A stretch of 64,000 nt of DNA. Origin: Pelagibacteraceae bacterium AG-337-G06. Its GTDB lineage: Bacteria; Pseudomonadota; Alphaproteobacteria; Pelagibacterales; AG-422-B15. Where the stretch lies: positions 138,598 through 202,597 of the forward strand of contig QBZX01000002.1 of the NCBI GenBank assembly GCA_003282175.1. The letters are read 5' to 3'. Positions 19,327 through 29,563 of this stretch are shown here, one piece after another. Within the stretch, counting starts at the first letter, position 1. Each line of letters begins with the position of its first letter. The notes under the pieces were generated by a model. The model was not told the origin of the DNA, searched no databases, and was given only the letters and a program-made list of their open reading frames with translations. The translations under genes and the position numbers were made by a program.

Positions 19327-19797
19327 ATGTCATCAGATTTTGATAATACAGCGCTGAAAAAAGCTTTTGGCTCATTTGCAACAGGCGTTGCTGTTGCAAC
19401 ATCACACTCAAGTGGGTTTACTATAAATTCATTTTCTTCTTTAAGTTTGAATCCACCATTAATTATCTTCAATATCTATAAAACAGAAACTGATCATGTT
19501 GATTTTCTAAAAAATAACTCATTTGTTATTAATTTTTTATCGCGTGAACAAGAAGAGGTATCCAGATTATTTGCCACAAAAGATCCAGAGAAGGTTAATA
19601 AAACCCAACATTCTATCTCAGAGAATAAAAATATTATTTTGAATGATACTTTAGGCCATATCGAGCTATCTGTTTTCCAACAAATTGATATAGCAGACCA
19701 TGTACTAGTTATAGGTCAGGTTCAAAATTTAGAGACTGATGACAGCAAGAGGCCGCTCATTTATTACAGAAGTAAGTATCAGAGTCTCAAGGACTAA
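19327..19797 (+). CDS. Flavin reductase family protein
   Basis: AFGSFATGVAV, FTINSFSSLSLNPP, ADHVLVIG, PLIYY. Confidence 0.9.
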   Translation: MSSDFDNTALKKAFGSFATGVAVATSHSSGFTINSFSSLSLNPPLIIFNIYKTETDHVDFLKNNSFVINFLSREQEEVSRLFATKDPEKVNKTQHSISENKNIILNDTLGHIELSVFQQIDIADHVLVIGQVQNLETDDSKRPLIYYRSKYQSLKD

Positions 19798-19808
19798 CAA
19801 CTCATTAG

Positions 19809-20204
19809 TTAGTATGATGGCGCACCAAAATCATTTTGGTTTTCACTGCCTTTAAGGCAGAGAAAGAAAATTAATGTAATTATTCCAATGAAGGGAACCA
19901 CAACAATCAACAACCACCAACCTGACCGATTAGTGTCGTGAAGCCTTCGAATATACAAAGCAATACTAGGCAACATAAATAAAAAGTATAAAAAAATATA
20001 CATGGGGCCCAACATGATAGTTCCTGGAGAATTATTGAGATCTATTCCAAGTATTTGTAATTCAAATAATTGATCAAATTGCAAGCCTATAAAACCAACG
20101 ATTGTCGTGAATAAATAGAAGTACCAAAATTCTGAGCGAGTCGCTCTCGTCTTAAAGTCAAAGCATTTTACAAACGCATTATTGATTGATTTAATAAAGC
20201 CCAT
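19809..20204 (-). CDS. DUF805 membrane protein
   Basis: F..RATRSEFWYF, IRRLHDTNRSGWW, N.FG. Confidence 0.9.
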   Translation of the reverse strand: MGFIKSINNAFVKCFDFKTRATRSEFWYFYLFTTIVGFIGLQFDQLFELQILGIDLNNSPGTIMLGPMYIFLYFLFMLPSIALYIRRLHDTNRSGWWLLIVVVPFIGIITLIFFLCLKGSENQNDFGAPSY

Positions 20205-20267
20205 ATTTAGTGATATGATATTAATTTAATTAACTTATTATTACAAAAAAATATATAATCTTAAAAT

Positions 20268-22055
20268 ATGTCTAAACAACTTAGAATTGGTGGAGCAAGT
20301 GGCTTTTGGGGTGACTCTGTAGTGGCAACTCCTCAATTGTTAAATGGAAATAACCTTGATTTTATTGTTTATGACTATCTTGCTGAAATAACCATGTCCA
20401 TTATGGCTCGAGCTAGAGCAAAAGATCCTTCAAAAGGCTATGCCATTGATTTTGTTTCAAGTGTAATGAAACTAAACTTGAAGCAAATTGCTGACCAGAA
20501 AATCAAAATTCTTAGTAACGCAGGAGGTGTTAATCCCCAAGCATGTGCGGATGCTATTAGAGAACTTATAAAGGAGCTAAACTTGGATTTAAAAGTAGCC
20601 GTTGTTTTGGGTGATGACTTACTTGAACATAAAGATAAATTTTTAGATAGTGGAGTTCTAGAAATGTACTCTGATGAAAAATTTCCAGAGTTGGATAAGA
20701 TTGCAAGTATTAATGCATACCTAGGAGCATTCCCAATCGCGCAAGCACTCAATGATGGTGCAGATATAGTAATTACTGGGAGAAGTGTTGATAGTGCGGT
20801 AACCCTGGCCGCGTGCATTCACACTTACGGGTGGAAAGAAGACGAATATAACAAGCTGGCTTCAGGGAGTTTAGCAGGTCACATTATTGAATGCGGCACA
20901 CAAAGTACCGGTGGAAATTTTACAGACTGGGAACTTTCTTCAAAGAATCTTCATATGATCGGTTATCCAATTGTGGATGTTTCTGAAAATGGAGAATTCA
21001 TTTGCACAAAATCAAAAAATACATCTGGATTGGTGAGCTTTGGAACAGTATCAGAACAAATGTTATATGAAATTGGTGATCCTCAAGCGTATATACTCCC
21101 AGATGTAATTTGTGATTTCTCAAATGTAATTATTTCTGAAATCGAAAAAGATACGGTTAAGGTTACGGGCGCAAAAGGATATCCTGCCCCTCAGCAATAT
21201 AAAGTGTGTGCAACATATGCCGACGGTTTTCGCGCAGGCCATGTCTGTTCATTTGTGGGCATTGATGCAGCAAAAAAAGCAAGAACCTATGGGGAAGCAA
21301 TATTTGAAAGAGCAAAAATGATTATGCGAATGATGAATATTCCTGACTTTGATGAAACCAGCATTGAAATTATTGGTGACAACAGTCAATATACCAATAA
21401 AGATCAAAATACAGATAATAGAGAAGTTGTTTTAAAGTTTGCTGCAAAACATCAAGACATAAGAGCAGTAGGGTTATTATTGAAAGAGTCGGTAGGACTA
21501 GGATTAGCAACGCCACCAGGATTATCGGGCTTTGTTGGCGGTAGGCCCAAGCCATCGCCAATTGTTAGATTGTTCTCTTTTATGGTTAATAAAGAAGATG
21601 TAAAAGTTTCCATAGATTTAGAAGGTTCAAATAAAGAGTTTGCAGTCCATCAACCTAAAGAATTTAATATGTCTGAAATAGTAAAACCTGAAAACCCAAC
21701 ATTTGACTCCAGAGATCAAAAATTTATTGATGTTCCTCTAATTAAAATTGCATATGGACGAAGCGGAGATAAAGGAAACAAAGCTAATATAGGGATCATT
21801 TCAAGAGATCCAAAATTTTACCCTGCAATATGCAATTATTTAACAGAAGATGTAGTTATGAAATGTTTTAAGAACTTTTTAGAAGGATCGGTTGAAAAGT
21901 ATTTATTGCCTGGATCCAATTCTATTAATTTTATACTCAATGATGTTCTCGGTGGCGGCGGGCCCGCTAGTTTAAGGAATGACCCTCAAGGGAAAGCTTA
22001 CGCACAAATACTACTAGATCAAATAATTCCTTTACCTAAAAAATTGATGGATTGA
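20268..22055 (+). CDS. atuA: Acyclic terpene utilization AtuA-family protein (DUF1446)
   Basis: GASGFWGD, DYLAE, NAYLG, GHIIECG.Q.TGGNF, C-terminal GRSGDKGN and RNDPQGK. Confidence 0.9.
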   Translation: MSKQLRIGGASGFWGDSVVATPQLLNGNNLDFIVYDYLAEITMSIMARARAKDPSKGYAIDFVSSVMKLNLKQIADQKIKILSNAGGVNPQACADAIRELIKELNLDLKVAVVLGDDLLEHKDKFLDSGVLEMYSDEKFPELDKIASINAYLGAFPIAQALNDGADIVITGRSVDSAVTLAACIHTYGWKEDEYNKLASGSLAGHIIECGTQSTGGNFTDWELSSKNLHMIGYPIVDVSENGEFICTKSKNTSGLVSFGTVSEQMLYEIGDPQAYILPDVICDFSNVIISEIEKDTVKVTGAKGYPAPQQYKVCATYADGFRAGHVCSFVGIDAAKKARTYGEAIFERAKMIMRMMNIPDFDETSIEIIGDNSQYTNKDQNTDNREVVLKFAAKHQDIRAVGLLLKESVGLGLATPPGLSGFVGGRPKPSPIVRLFSFMVNKEDVKVSIDLEGSNKEFAVHQPKEFNMSEIVKPENPTFDSRDQKFIDVPLIKIAYGRSGDKGNKANIGIISRDPKFYPAICNYLTEDVVMKCFKNFLEGSVEKYLLPGSNSINFILNDVLGGGGPASLRNDPQGKAYAQILLDQIIPLPKKLMD

Positions 22056-22057
22056 TA

Positions 22058-22831
22058 ATGTCAGAACCTTTGCTAAATGTAGAAAATATTGAAACTTTTT
22101 ATGGACCTATTATGGCAATCAGGGGTGTTAGTTTTCAAGTTCAAGAGGGATCAATCGTAACAATATTAGGTTCAAACGGAGCAGGTAAGACGACTATTTT
22201 AAAGACAATTTCAGGTGCCATAGATCCTAGAAAGGGAAAAGTGTTTCTAAGTGGAAGTGAAATACAAAAAAAAGATCCCGATAAGATACTTCGATTAGGC
22301 ATGAGCCATGCACCTGAAGGAAGAGAAGTATTCCCATACTGTTCAGTTTTAGAAAACCTTGAAATGGGCGCCTACACTAGAAGTGATAGAAAAGGCATAC
22401 AGAAAGATATAGAGCAGGTGTATGATTACTTCCCCATTCTTAAGGAAAGAAAAAATCAGCCTGCAGGATTACTTTCTGGCGGCGAACAGCAAATGCTTTG
22501 CATTAGTCGTGCATTAATGAGTAAGCCAGAAATTATGCTTTTAGATGAACCTTCATTAGGCTTGTCACCAAAACTTGTTAAAGAAATTTTTGAAATTATA
22601 ATCAGGATCAATAAAGAATTGAAAACTACAATATTACTGGTTGAACAAAATGCGAATATTGCATTAAGCAACTCTGATTTTGGTTACGTTTTAGAGTTGG
22701 GAAGAATAGTCATGGAAGGCAATAGTAAAGAATTGCTTGAAAAAGAAGACATTAAAGAATTTTATCTTGGCCAACAAGATGAAGGAATAAGAGGGGAAAG
22801 ACGTTGGAAAAAGAAAAAAATGTGGAGATAA
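22058..22831 (+). CDS. Liv-type ABC ATPase (LivF-like)
   Basis: GSNGAGKTT, PEGREVF, LSGGEQQM, DEPSLGL, LVEQNA; basic tail RRWKKKKMWR. Confidence 0.93.
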   Translation: MSEPLLNVENIETFYGPIMAIRGVSFQVQEGSIVTILGSNGAGKTTILKTISGAIDPRKGKVFLSGSEIQKKDPDKILRLGMSHAPEGREVFPYCSVLENLEMGAYTRSDRKGIQKDIEQVYDYFPILKERKNQPAGLLSGGEQQMLCISRALMSKPEIMLLDEPSLGLSPKLVKEIFEIIIRINKELKTTILLVEQNANIALSNSDFGYVLELGRIVMEGNSKELLEKEDIKEFYLGQQDEGIRGERRWKKKKMWR

Positions 22832-24627
22832 ATACAATACCAAAATTATTTTGGAATTCAGTTAAATCTCGAGCAGATAGAGTAGCCATGCGAGAAAAAG
22901 ATCTAGGTATTTGGCAAGAAATTTCATGGACCGTATATGGAGAAAAAGCAAAACTAACTGGCTTAGCTCTCCACACACTTGGACTTAAAAAAGGTGACGT
23001 CGTATCAATCGCTAGTGAGGGAATGCCTGAGTGGCTCTATACAGATATGGGAACCATTGGTGCAGGAGGTATTTCAAGTGGAATTTATACAACAGACTCA
23101 GCTGAGCAGGTAAAGTACTTAGTAAATGATAGTTCAACAAAGTTTTATTTTGCTGAAAATGAAGAACAACTTGATAAAATTTTAGAAGTAAGAAGTGAAT
23201 GTCCCACACTGAAGCAGATTATTGTTTTCGATATGGAGGGATTAAATGAATTTCATGACGATCAAGTCATTAGTTATGAAGAGTTTTTAAAAATAGGTGA
23301 AAAGGCAAATCAAGAAAAGCCTGATCTATGGGAAAGTTTAATTAATAACGTTAATTCTAGCGATATTGCCATCTTAGTTTACACATCTGGCACAACAGGC
23401 CCCTCCAAAGGTGCCATGATCAATCATGAAAATATACTTTATTCAATCAATACTGGTTACGACATTTTTGAAACGATGGAACATGAAGAACAATTATCAT
23501 TTCTTCCATTATGTCACATTCTAGAGCGCTCAGTATCAGTTATGATACCTTTAAAAACTGGTGCTGTTGTTAATTTTGCAGAGAGTATAGATACAGTTCC
23601 TGAAAATATTCGTGAAGTCTCTCCAACTGTATTTATCGCTGTGCCAAGAATATGGGAAAAATTTTATTCATCCATTACTATTTTAATGAAAGATGCAACC
23701 TTTATAGGTAAGTATTCATATCAATTCTCAATAAATGTAGGCTCCAAATACAAAGAGTACTTTATCGAAGGCAAGGTACCCCCTTTATCTTTAAAGATAT
23801 TATATTGGCTGTGTAACCAATTAGTTTTAAAAAATATTAAAAAACTGCTTGGTCTCAATAATTGTCGATACGGTTTAAGTGGAGCTGCTCCTATATCGCC
23901 CGAGTTAATTAATTGGTACTTATCACTTGGTATAGATATGAGGGAGGGCTGGGGCATGACCGAAACCTCAGGTGTAGGTACAGCTTTTTATTCACGAGAA
24001 ATAAAACTGGGGCACGTAGGTAGGGCAGTTAATGACTCAGAAATTAGAATTGCAGATGATGGTGAAATCCTTTTTAAAGGACCCGGCGTTTTCTGTGGTT
24101 ATTTGAATAAACCTGAACAAACAAAAGAAACGCTAAAAGATGGTTGGCTGCATACAGGCGATGTTGGTGAGATGGACAATTATGGCAATATAAAAATTAC
24201 TGATAGAAAAAAAGATATTATAATTACCGCTGGTGGGAAAAACATCTCTCCATCTGAAATAGAAAATGAATTAAAATTTAGCCCTTTCGTATCAGATGCT
24301 GTTGTCATAGGGGACAAAAGAAAGTTTCTATCCTGTTTAATTATGATAGATGAAGAAAACGTAATGAAACATGCACAAGATAATGACATTCCGTTCTCAA
24401 ACTTTGAAAGTTTATGCAAATCTAAGGATATCGTAGAGCTGATTGACAATGAAGTTTCTTCAGTTAATAAGAAATTTGCAAACGTAGAGCAGATAAAGAA
24501 ATTCTCCCTTATTGATACACAGCTAACAGCTGAGGATGATGAACTTACACCAACAATGAAATTAAAACGTAAATTCATCAATGAAAAGTACAGCTCTGTA
24601 ATTGATCAAATGTATCAATCTGCTTGA
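22804..24627 (+). CDS. Long-chain acyl-CoA synthetase (GTG start)
   Basis: YTSGTTGPSKG, LPLCHILE, VPRIWEK, EGWGMTE, LHTGDVG, DRKKDIII, LTPTMKLKR. Confidence 0.92.
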   Translation: MEKEKNVEINTIPKLFWNSVKSRADRVAMREKDLGIWQEISWTVYGEKAKLTGLALHTLGLKKGDVVSIASEGMPEWLYTDMGTIGAGGISSGIYTTDSAEQVKYLVNDSSTKFYFAENEEQLDKILEVRSECPTLKQIIVFDMEGLNEFHDDQVISYEEFLKIGEKANQEKPDLWESLINNVNSSDIAILVYTSGTTGPSKGAMINHENILYSINTGYDIFETMEHEEQLSFLPLCHILERSVSVMIPLKTGAVVNFAESIDTVPENIREVSPTVFIAVPRIWEKFYSSITILMKDATFIGKYSYQFSINVGSKYKEYFIEGKVPPLSLKILYWLCNQLVLKNIKKLLGLNNCRYGLSGAAPISPELINWYLSLGIDMREGWGMTETSGVGTAFYSREIKLGHVGRAVNDSEIRIADDGEILFKGPGVFCGYLNKPEQTKETLKDGWLHTGDVGEMDNYGNIKITDRKKDIIITAGGKNISPSEIENELKFSPFVSDAVVIGDKRKFLSCLIMIDEENVMKHAQDNDIPFSNFESLCKSKDIVELIDNEVSSVNKKFANVEQIKKFSLIDTQLTAEDDELTPTMKLKRKFINEKYSSVIDQMYQSA

Positions 24628-24677
24628 TTTTCAGCCACGATCTCATTAGTATTTCTTCATATTTATAGGGGCAATTT

Positions 24678-25838
24678 ATGAAAAAATTATTAATTTTTAT
24701 TTCAATCTTATCTATTTATTCGGCATCAAGCTTTGCTGATCAAGGCGTCAGTGATGATGAAATAATGCTTGGTATGCATACGGATATTAGTGGGCCTGTG
24801 TCTTCATTTGGAAAGTATTCGGTAGAAGGTGCTAAGATGAGAATTGACGAAATCAATGAAGCTGGTGGAATTAATGGAAGAACTTTAAAGCTTGTAGCTG
24901 AAGATCATCAATATCAAGTTCCAAGAGCCGTTCAAGCGGCAAACAAATTAATTAACAAAGACAAAATATTTTTAATGTTAGCAAGCTTAGGTACACCTAT
25001 GAATAATGCAGTATTTCAACTGCAAGAACAAAAAAATATACCCAACTTATTTCCTTTGTCATCTGCACGTTCAATGGCAGAGCCATTTCACAAATTAAAA
25101 TTTGGAGCTTTATCAACTTATTACGATCAAATAAGATCCGGAGTTAAGTGGGCTGTAGAAGATAAGAATATGAATAAAATCTGCGTTCTTTATCAAGACA
25201 ATGATTTTGGACAAGAAACATACGATGGAGTAGTGGATCAGTTAGAAGAAATGAAAATGGCATTGCATGAAAAAACTACAAACAAACCAACTGACACTGA
25301 CTTGACAGCACAAATCACAAAATTAAAAAATGCAGAATGTGAAGCTGTTGCAGTGGGCACTATTGTAAAAGATACGATATTAGCTTATACAAAAGCTCGG
25401 CAAATGGGATGGGATGCTTTATTTTTTGGTCAGGTAGCAAGTTTTCATCCAGTAATCGCAAGTCAGCCTGATGGAGTTACCGATGGCTTTTATACATTTG
25501 CTCAATTTGATACCCCAAGCAGGGAAAATTGTGATGAGTGGGTTTGTAATTGGATAGATAAATATGAAAGCATTTACGGTAATAGCCCTAATATTGGATC
25601 AGCTTACGGATATATGTACGCAGATATTACTGCGAAGGCTATTGAGATAGCTGGCAGTGATTTAAACGTAGACTCTTTCACGAGTGGATTAGAATCAATT
25701 GATAATTATGAGATGCCTTTTGGCGAGTCAGTCTTATCATGGGGTCCAGACAAGCATTTAGGTTCAAGTGATGCATATTTATTTGTTGTAGAAGAAGGCA
25801 GGTTTGTCCGCGCCGACAGTATGAAATATGAGTATTAA
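24678..25838 (+). CDS. Liv-type periplasmic substrate-binding protein 1
   Basis: Signal peptide; MHTDISGP, EDHQYQVPRAVQAANKL, SLGTP, YQDNDFG. Confidence 0.9.
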   Translation: MKKLLIFISILSIYSASSFADQGVSDDEIMLGMHTDISGPVSSFGKYSVEGAKMRIDEINEAGGINGRTLKLVAEDHQYQVPRAVQAANKLINKDKIFLMLASLGTPMNNAVFQLQEQKNIPNLFPLSSARSMAEPFHKLKFGALSTYYDQIRSGVKWAVEDKNMNKICVLYQDNDFGQETYDGVVDQLEEMKMALHEKTTNKPTDTDLTAQITKLKNAECEAVAVGTIVKDTILAYTKARQMGWDALFFGQVASFHPVIASQPDGVTDGFYTFAQFDTPSRENCDEWVCNWIDKYESIYGNSPNIGSAYGYMYADITAKAIEIAGSDLNVDSFTSGLESIDNYEMPFGESVLSWGPDKHLGSSDAYLFVVEEGRFVRADSMKYEY

Positions 25839-27000
25839 AATTTTAAAGACTCTATCATCGGTCTTTTTATTTATTTTTTTATCTAATGAATTATTTGCTG
25901 ATCAAGGAATCAGTTCTGATCAGATACTTATTGGTATGCACACAGACATAAGTGGTCCAGCATCAATGATTGGCAAACAAAGTGTCGATGGAGCCAATAT
26001 GCGTTTTAATGAATTCAATGAAAACGGAGGAGCATTTGGTAGAACAATTAAATTTATTGTTGAGGACCATCAATATACCGTGCCGAGAGCAGTACAAGCT
26101 GCCAATAAGTTACTCAGAAAAGACAAAATTGCATTTATGATGGGATCATTGGGCACACCCATGAATAATGCTGTAATGACCGATCAATTAGCAATGAATG
26201 TTCCCAACTTATTTCCACTCACTGCTGCACGATCAATGTTTGATCCTTTTGATCGATTAAAATTTACATCTGGCTCAACGTATTATGATCAAATTAGAAC
26301 AGGTATTAAGTATTTGGTTGAAAATAATAATCGTGAATCTGTATGCGTACTTTATGAGGATACAGATTTTGGACAAGAGATCGTAGATGCTGCATACGAT
26401 CAAGTAGAAGCCATGGGAATGAAAATTGTTGAAAGCGCTTCTGCAAAGCCAACAGATACTGATTTCACAGCTCAAATTAAGAAACTATCAAATGCAGGTT
26501 GTGATTTGGTTGCTATGGGAACAATAGTGCGAACGACCATACTACCTTTCATGAAGTCAAAAGAAATTAATTGGACGGATGTAGATTTTGTAGCGACTTC
26601 AGCAAGTTACTATACCGTCGTTGCAGAACAGCCAAACGGTGTAATGAACGGCTTATATTGCTTAAATTCTCTCGTCTTTCCATACTATGATACAGCCAAT
26701 AGTGATGAGAGAGCATGGTGGGACTCATTCAATTCATTATATGGCACTGAGCCAAACACAGGTGCGATTTATGGATACATTTTTGCTGATATGGTCGTTG
26801 AGGGCATAAAAAGAGCTGGCCAAGACTTAACTGTTGAGTCCTTAATCGCTGCGTTGGAAACATTAGAAGATTTTGAAGATCCATTAAAACTTGGATCAGT
26901 GACGTTTAATGAAAATAAAAGACAAGGAAGTAATATTTCATATTTTTTCCAGGTTCAAGATGAGAGGTTCAACGTAATCTCAGGCCCAATCAATTACTAA
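25828..27000 (+). CDS. Liv-type periplasmic substrate-binding protein 2 (paralog)
   Basis: Same motifs: MHTDISGP, EDHQYTVPRAVQAANKL, SLGTPMN. Confidence 0.9.
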   Translation: MSIKILKTLSSVFLFIFLSNELFADQGISSDQILIGMHTDISGPASMIGKQSVDGANMRFNEFNENGGAFGRTIKFIVEDHQYTVPRAVQAANKLLRKDKIAFMMGSLGTPMNNAVMTDQLAMNVPNLFPLTAARSMFDPFDRLKFTSGSTYYDQIRTGIKYLVENNNRESVCVLYEDTDFGQEIVDAAYDQVEAMGMKIVESASAKPTDTDFTAQIKKLSNAGCDLVAMGTIVRTTILPFMKSKEINWTDVDFVATSASYYTVVAEQPNGVMNGLYCLNSLVFPYYDTANSDERAWWDSFNSLYGTEPNTGAIYGYIFADMVVEGIKRAGQDLTVESLIAALETLEDFEDPLKLGSVTFNENKRQGSNISYFFQVQDERFNVISGPINY

Positions 27001-27011
27001 GTGCTATAATT

Positions 27012-27626
27012 TTGAGTACATCAGCTGTCTTAGTCGCAAATGGTGAAAAACCTGTTTCAAATTATGCAAAGCAACTCATAAAGGAAATTAATTTAAAAAT
27101 TTGCGTTGATTCAAATCTAAGTATATTCAGAGAATTAGATATTGAACCAGATGTCATTATCGGTGATATGGACACAGTAGAAATTAATACTGCCAGTTCT
27201 AAAAGCACCATAGTAGTTGTGGAAGATCAAAATCAAACTGATCTGGAGAAATCGTTGAATTACTGCATTGCTAAAAATATTCAAAATATTTACATAATTG
27301 GTTCAACAGGTGAACGAGACGATCACAGCTTGGCCAATATTTTGATCGCACAACAATATTCAGATATTCTCAATATTGAAATAGTTACTAATTACTTTCA
27401 GATATTTTTTGTTAATGGAAGTAAAGAAATTTTAGAAAAGAAACACAGAAATTTATCTATGATCTCTTTGATTGCTGATAACAGAATTACAACATCAGGC
27501 CTTGAATACAATTTATCTGATCAAAAACTGAATTCATTTACACATGGCATAAGTAATCAAATTATTTCCGATAAATGTTTGATAAAAGCTAAGGAAAAAC
27601 TAATTTTATTTATAGAGACAGAATGA
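27012..27626 (+). CDS. Thiamine diphosphokinase (TTG start)
   Basis: VANG, PDVIIGDMDT, QNQTDLEKSL, G.TGERDDH.LAN, TTSGLEYNL, GISN. Confidence 0.8.
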   Translation: MSTSAVLVANGEKPVSNYAKQLIKEINLKICVDSNLSIFRELDIEPDVIIGDMDTVEINTASSKSTIVVVEDQNQTDLEKSLNYCIAKNIQNIYIIGSTGERDDHSLANILIAQQYSDILNIEIVTNYFQIFFVNGSKEILEKKHRNLSMISLIADNRITTSGLEYNLSDQKLNSFTHGISNQIISDKCLIKAKEKLILFIETE

Positions 27627-28750
27627 CAAATAAGATTGGAATTATTGGTGCTGGAATATCTGGCCTTACTTTAGGTTGTATATTAGCAAAGGGTTCACAA
27701 AATTGTACTATTTATGAGAAGGCAGACGGTCCTAGTAACTATGGTGCTGGCATTTCTCTTTCTCCAAATATTATTTGCTTATTAGATGAACTCGAAATTT
27801 TAGAAAAAGTTGAAAAAGAATCTTGTCTTCCTATCGATATTGTGTGGAGAGATAATGTGGGTAAAGTAATCAGAGAAGTCAATGTAAGTGAATTCGGCAA
27901 GCTTATTACTACAAATAGAAAGATATTGATTAAACATCTGCTTGATAAGTACTTATCACTTGGTGGAAAAATAGAATTTTCACATGAGCTGGTTAAGATT
28001 AAAAACGAGAAAGAACTTCTTTTTCAGAACGGAAATGAAGCCCGTGTTGATTTTATTGCTGGCTGTGATGGAATTAAATCCTTTGTAAGGTCAAATTATG
28101 TCAAAAATGACTCACCGAGATTTACTGGATATACTGCATGGAGAGGTATAGGTACGTCAGATAGCAAAAGAATAAACATCTACCTTGGACCACGAAGTCA
28201 TATTGTTTGCTACCCTATCAACAATTCTCTTGAAACAAGTTTTATCGGAGTCATCAAGAATAATGCTAAAAATAACGAGTCATGGAGAGAAGAGGGTACT
28301 CATGATCAATTAGTAAGTGATTTATCTGATTATGGAGATTTTATACATTCATTGTTTAAATCTTCAAAAAAAGTATTTCGATGGGGTTTATATGATCGAA
28401 ATAAATTAAACAATTTTTCAAAAGGTAATATTACTCTTTTAGGAGACTCTGCTCATCCAATGATGCCTTTTTTAGGGCAGGGTGGTGCAATGGCCTTTGA
28501 GGATGCTTTTGTTCTTGGAAAATTACTTCTGAAATTACCAAGCTATGACTTGGTGCAAGATAAATATAATGACCTAAGAAGAAAAAGAGTAAATTACATA
28601 AAAAGTTCTTCAGCACTTCAAGGCTACGTAAATCATTTGACCAATCCTTTTTTAAAAAATGTCAGAGACTACTTACTAAAAAATACAAATATAGCTATGA
28701 GAAGAACCAAGAATATTTATAATTATGATACTTTAGGAAAACTGATATGA
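27623..28750 (+). CDS. FAD-dependent monooxygenase (salicylate hydroxylase-like)
   Basis: GAGISG, GCDGIKS, GDSAHPMMPFLGQGG. Confidence 0.9.
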   Translation: MTNKIGIIGAGISGLTLGCILAKGSQNCTIYEKADGPSNYGAGISLSPNIICLLDELEILEKVEKESCLPIDIVWRDNVGKVIREVNVSEFGKLITTNRKILIKHLLDKYLSLGGKIEFSHELVKIKNEKELLFQNGNEARVDFIAGCDGIKSFVRSNYVKNDSPRFTGYTAWRGIGTSDSKRINIYLGPRSHIVCYPINNSLETSFIGVIKNNAKNNESWREEGTHDQLVSDLSDYGDFIHSLFKSSKKVFRWGLYDRNKLNNFSKGNITLLGDSAHPMMPFLGQGGAMAFEDAFVLGKLLLKLPSYDLVQDKYNDLRRKRVNYIKSSSALQGYVNHLTNPFLKNVRDYLLKNTNIAMRRTKNIYNYDTLGKLI

Positions 28751-28756
28751 TTTATC

Positions 28757-29563
28757 ATGAGTAATTTACCAAACACCAAAGCTTGTAACGTACAATTAGA
28801 AGATGAATGGTTAACCATTTCATTTAATCAACCTGAAAAGCGAAATGCTCTTACAGAAGAAATGACCACCGACATAAAGAATATTTTCGACGCTGTCAGA
28901 GATGATTTGAGTGTTAGAGGCGTAACTCTCAGAGGTGAAGGGGGTATATTTTGTGCTGGTGGTGATTTAAAGATGTTTAAAACAGGTTTCCAGGGAGGTG
29001 AACAAGGCTTGAAGGATGTGCATCATGCGAGTGAAATGACAGGATTATTTTTTGATATGATTAATTCATATCCCAAGCCAGTAATTATGCTGGCCGAAGG
29101 AGCTGCCATGGCTGGAGGTCTAGGAATGTTATGCGCAGGTGACATTGTTGTTGTCACAGAAGATTGTAAATTTGCATTAACGGAAACAACACTTGGTATT
29201 CCTCCCGCACAAATTGCACCATTTGTTTCTCAAAGAATTGGTCTTGCAAAGGCCAGAAGAATTATGCTGACAGCAGCAAGGTTTACTGGAAAAGAAGCAC
29301 ATGAAATGGGTCTAGCTGATTTTGTTGCAAAAGATGCTGATGATTTAAAGGTTATAGAGTCTGATATAAAGAAAGGTGTACTCAAATGTGCACCGGGAGC
29401 CAATACAGTAACAAAAGAAATTGTTTTAGCTACGCGACACTTAACACGAAAAGAAATGATAGAATTTGCAGCAAAGGGATTTGCTGAGAGAATGTTGAGC
29501 GATGAGGGTAAAGAGGGAATATCCTCATTTATTGAAAAGAGAAAGCCTAAGTGGTCAAAATGA
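28757..29563 (+). CDS. Enoyl-CoA hydratase, AtuE (isohexenylglutaconyl-CoA hydratase)-like
   Basis: MSNLP start, PEKRNAL, FCAGGDL, AMAGGLG, ETTLGIPPAQIAPFV. Confidence 0.8.
   Translation: MSNLPNTKACNVQLEDEWLTISFNQPEKRNALTEEMTTDIKNIFDAVRDDLSVRGVTLRGEGGIFCAGGDLKMFKTGFQGGEQGLKDVHHASEMTGLFFDMINSYPKPVIMLAEGAAMAGGLGMLCAGDIVVVTEDCKFALTETTLGIPPAQIAPFVSQRIGLAKARRIMLTAARFTGKEAHEMGLADFVAKDADDLKVIESDIKKGVLKCAPGANTVTKEIVLATRHLTRKEMIEFAAKGFAERMLSDEGKEGISSFIEKRKPKWSK

Noticed and set aside
26990-27020. TPP riboswitch ahead of thiamine diphosphokinase
   Set aside because: The intergenic gap is only 11 nt and there is no CUGAGA core.
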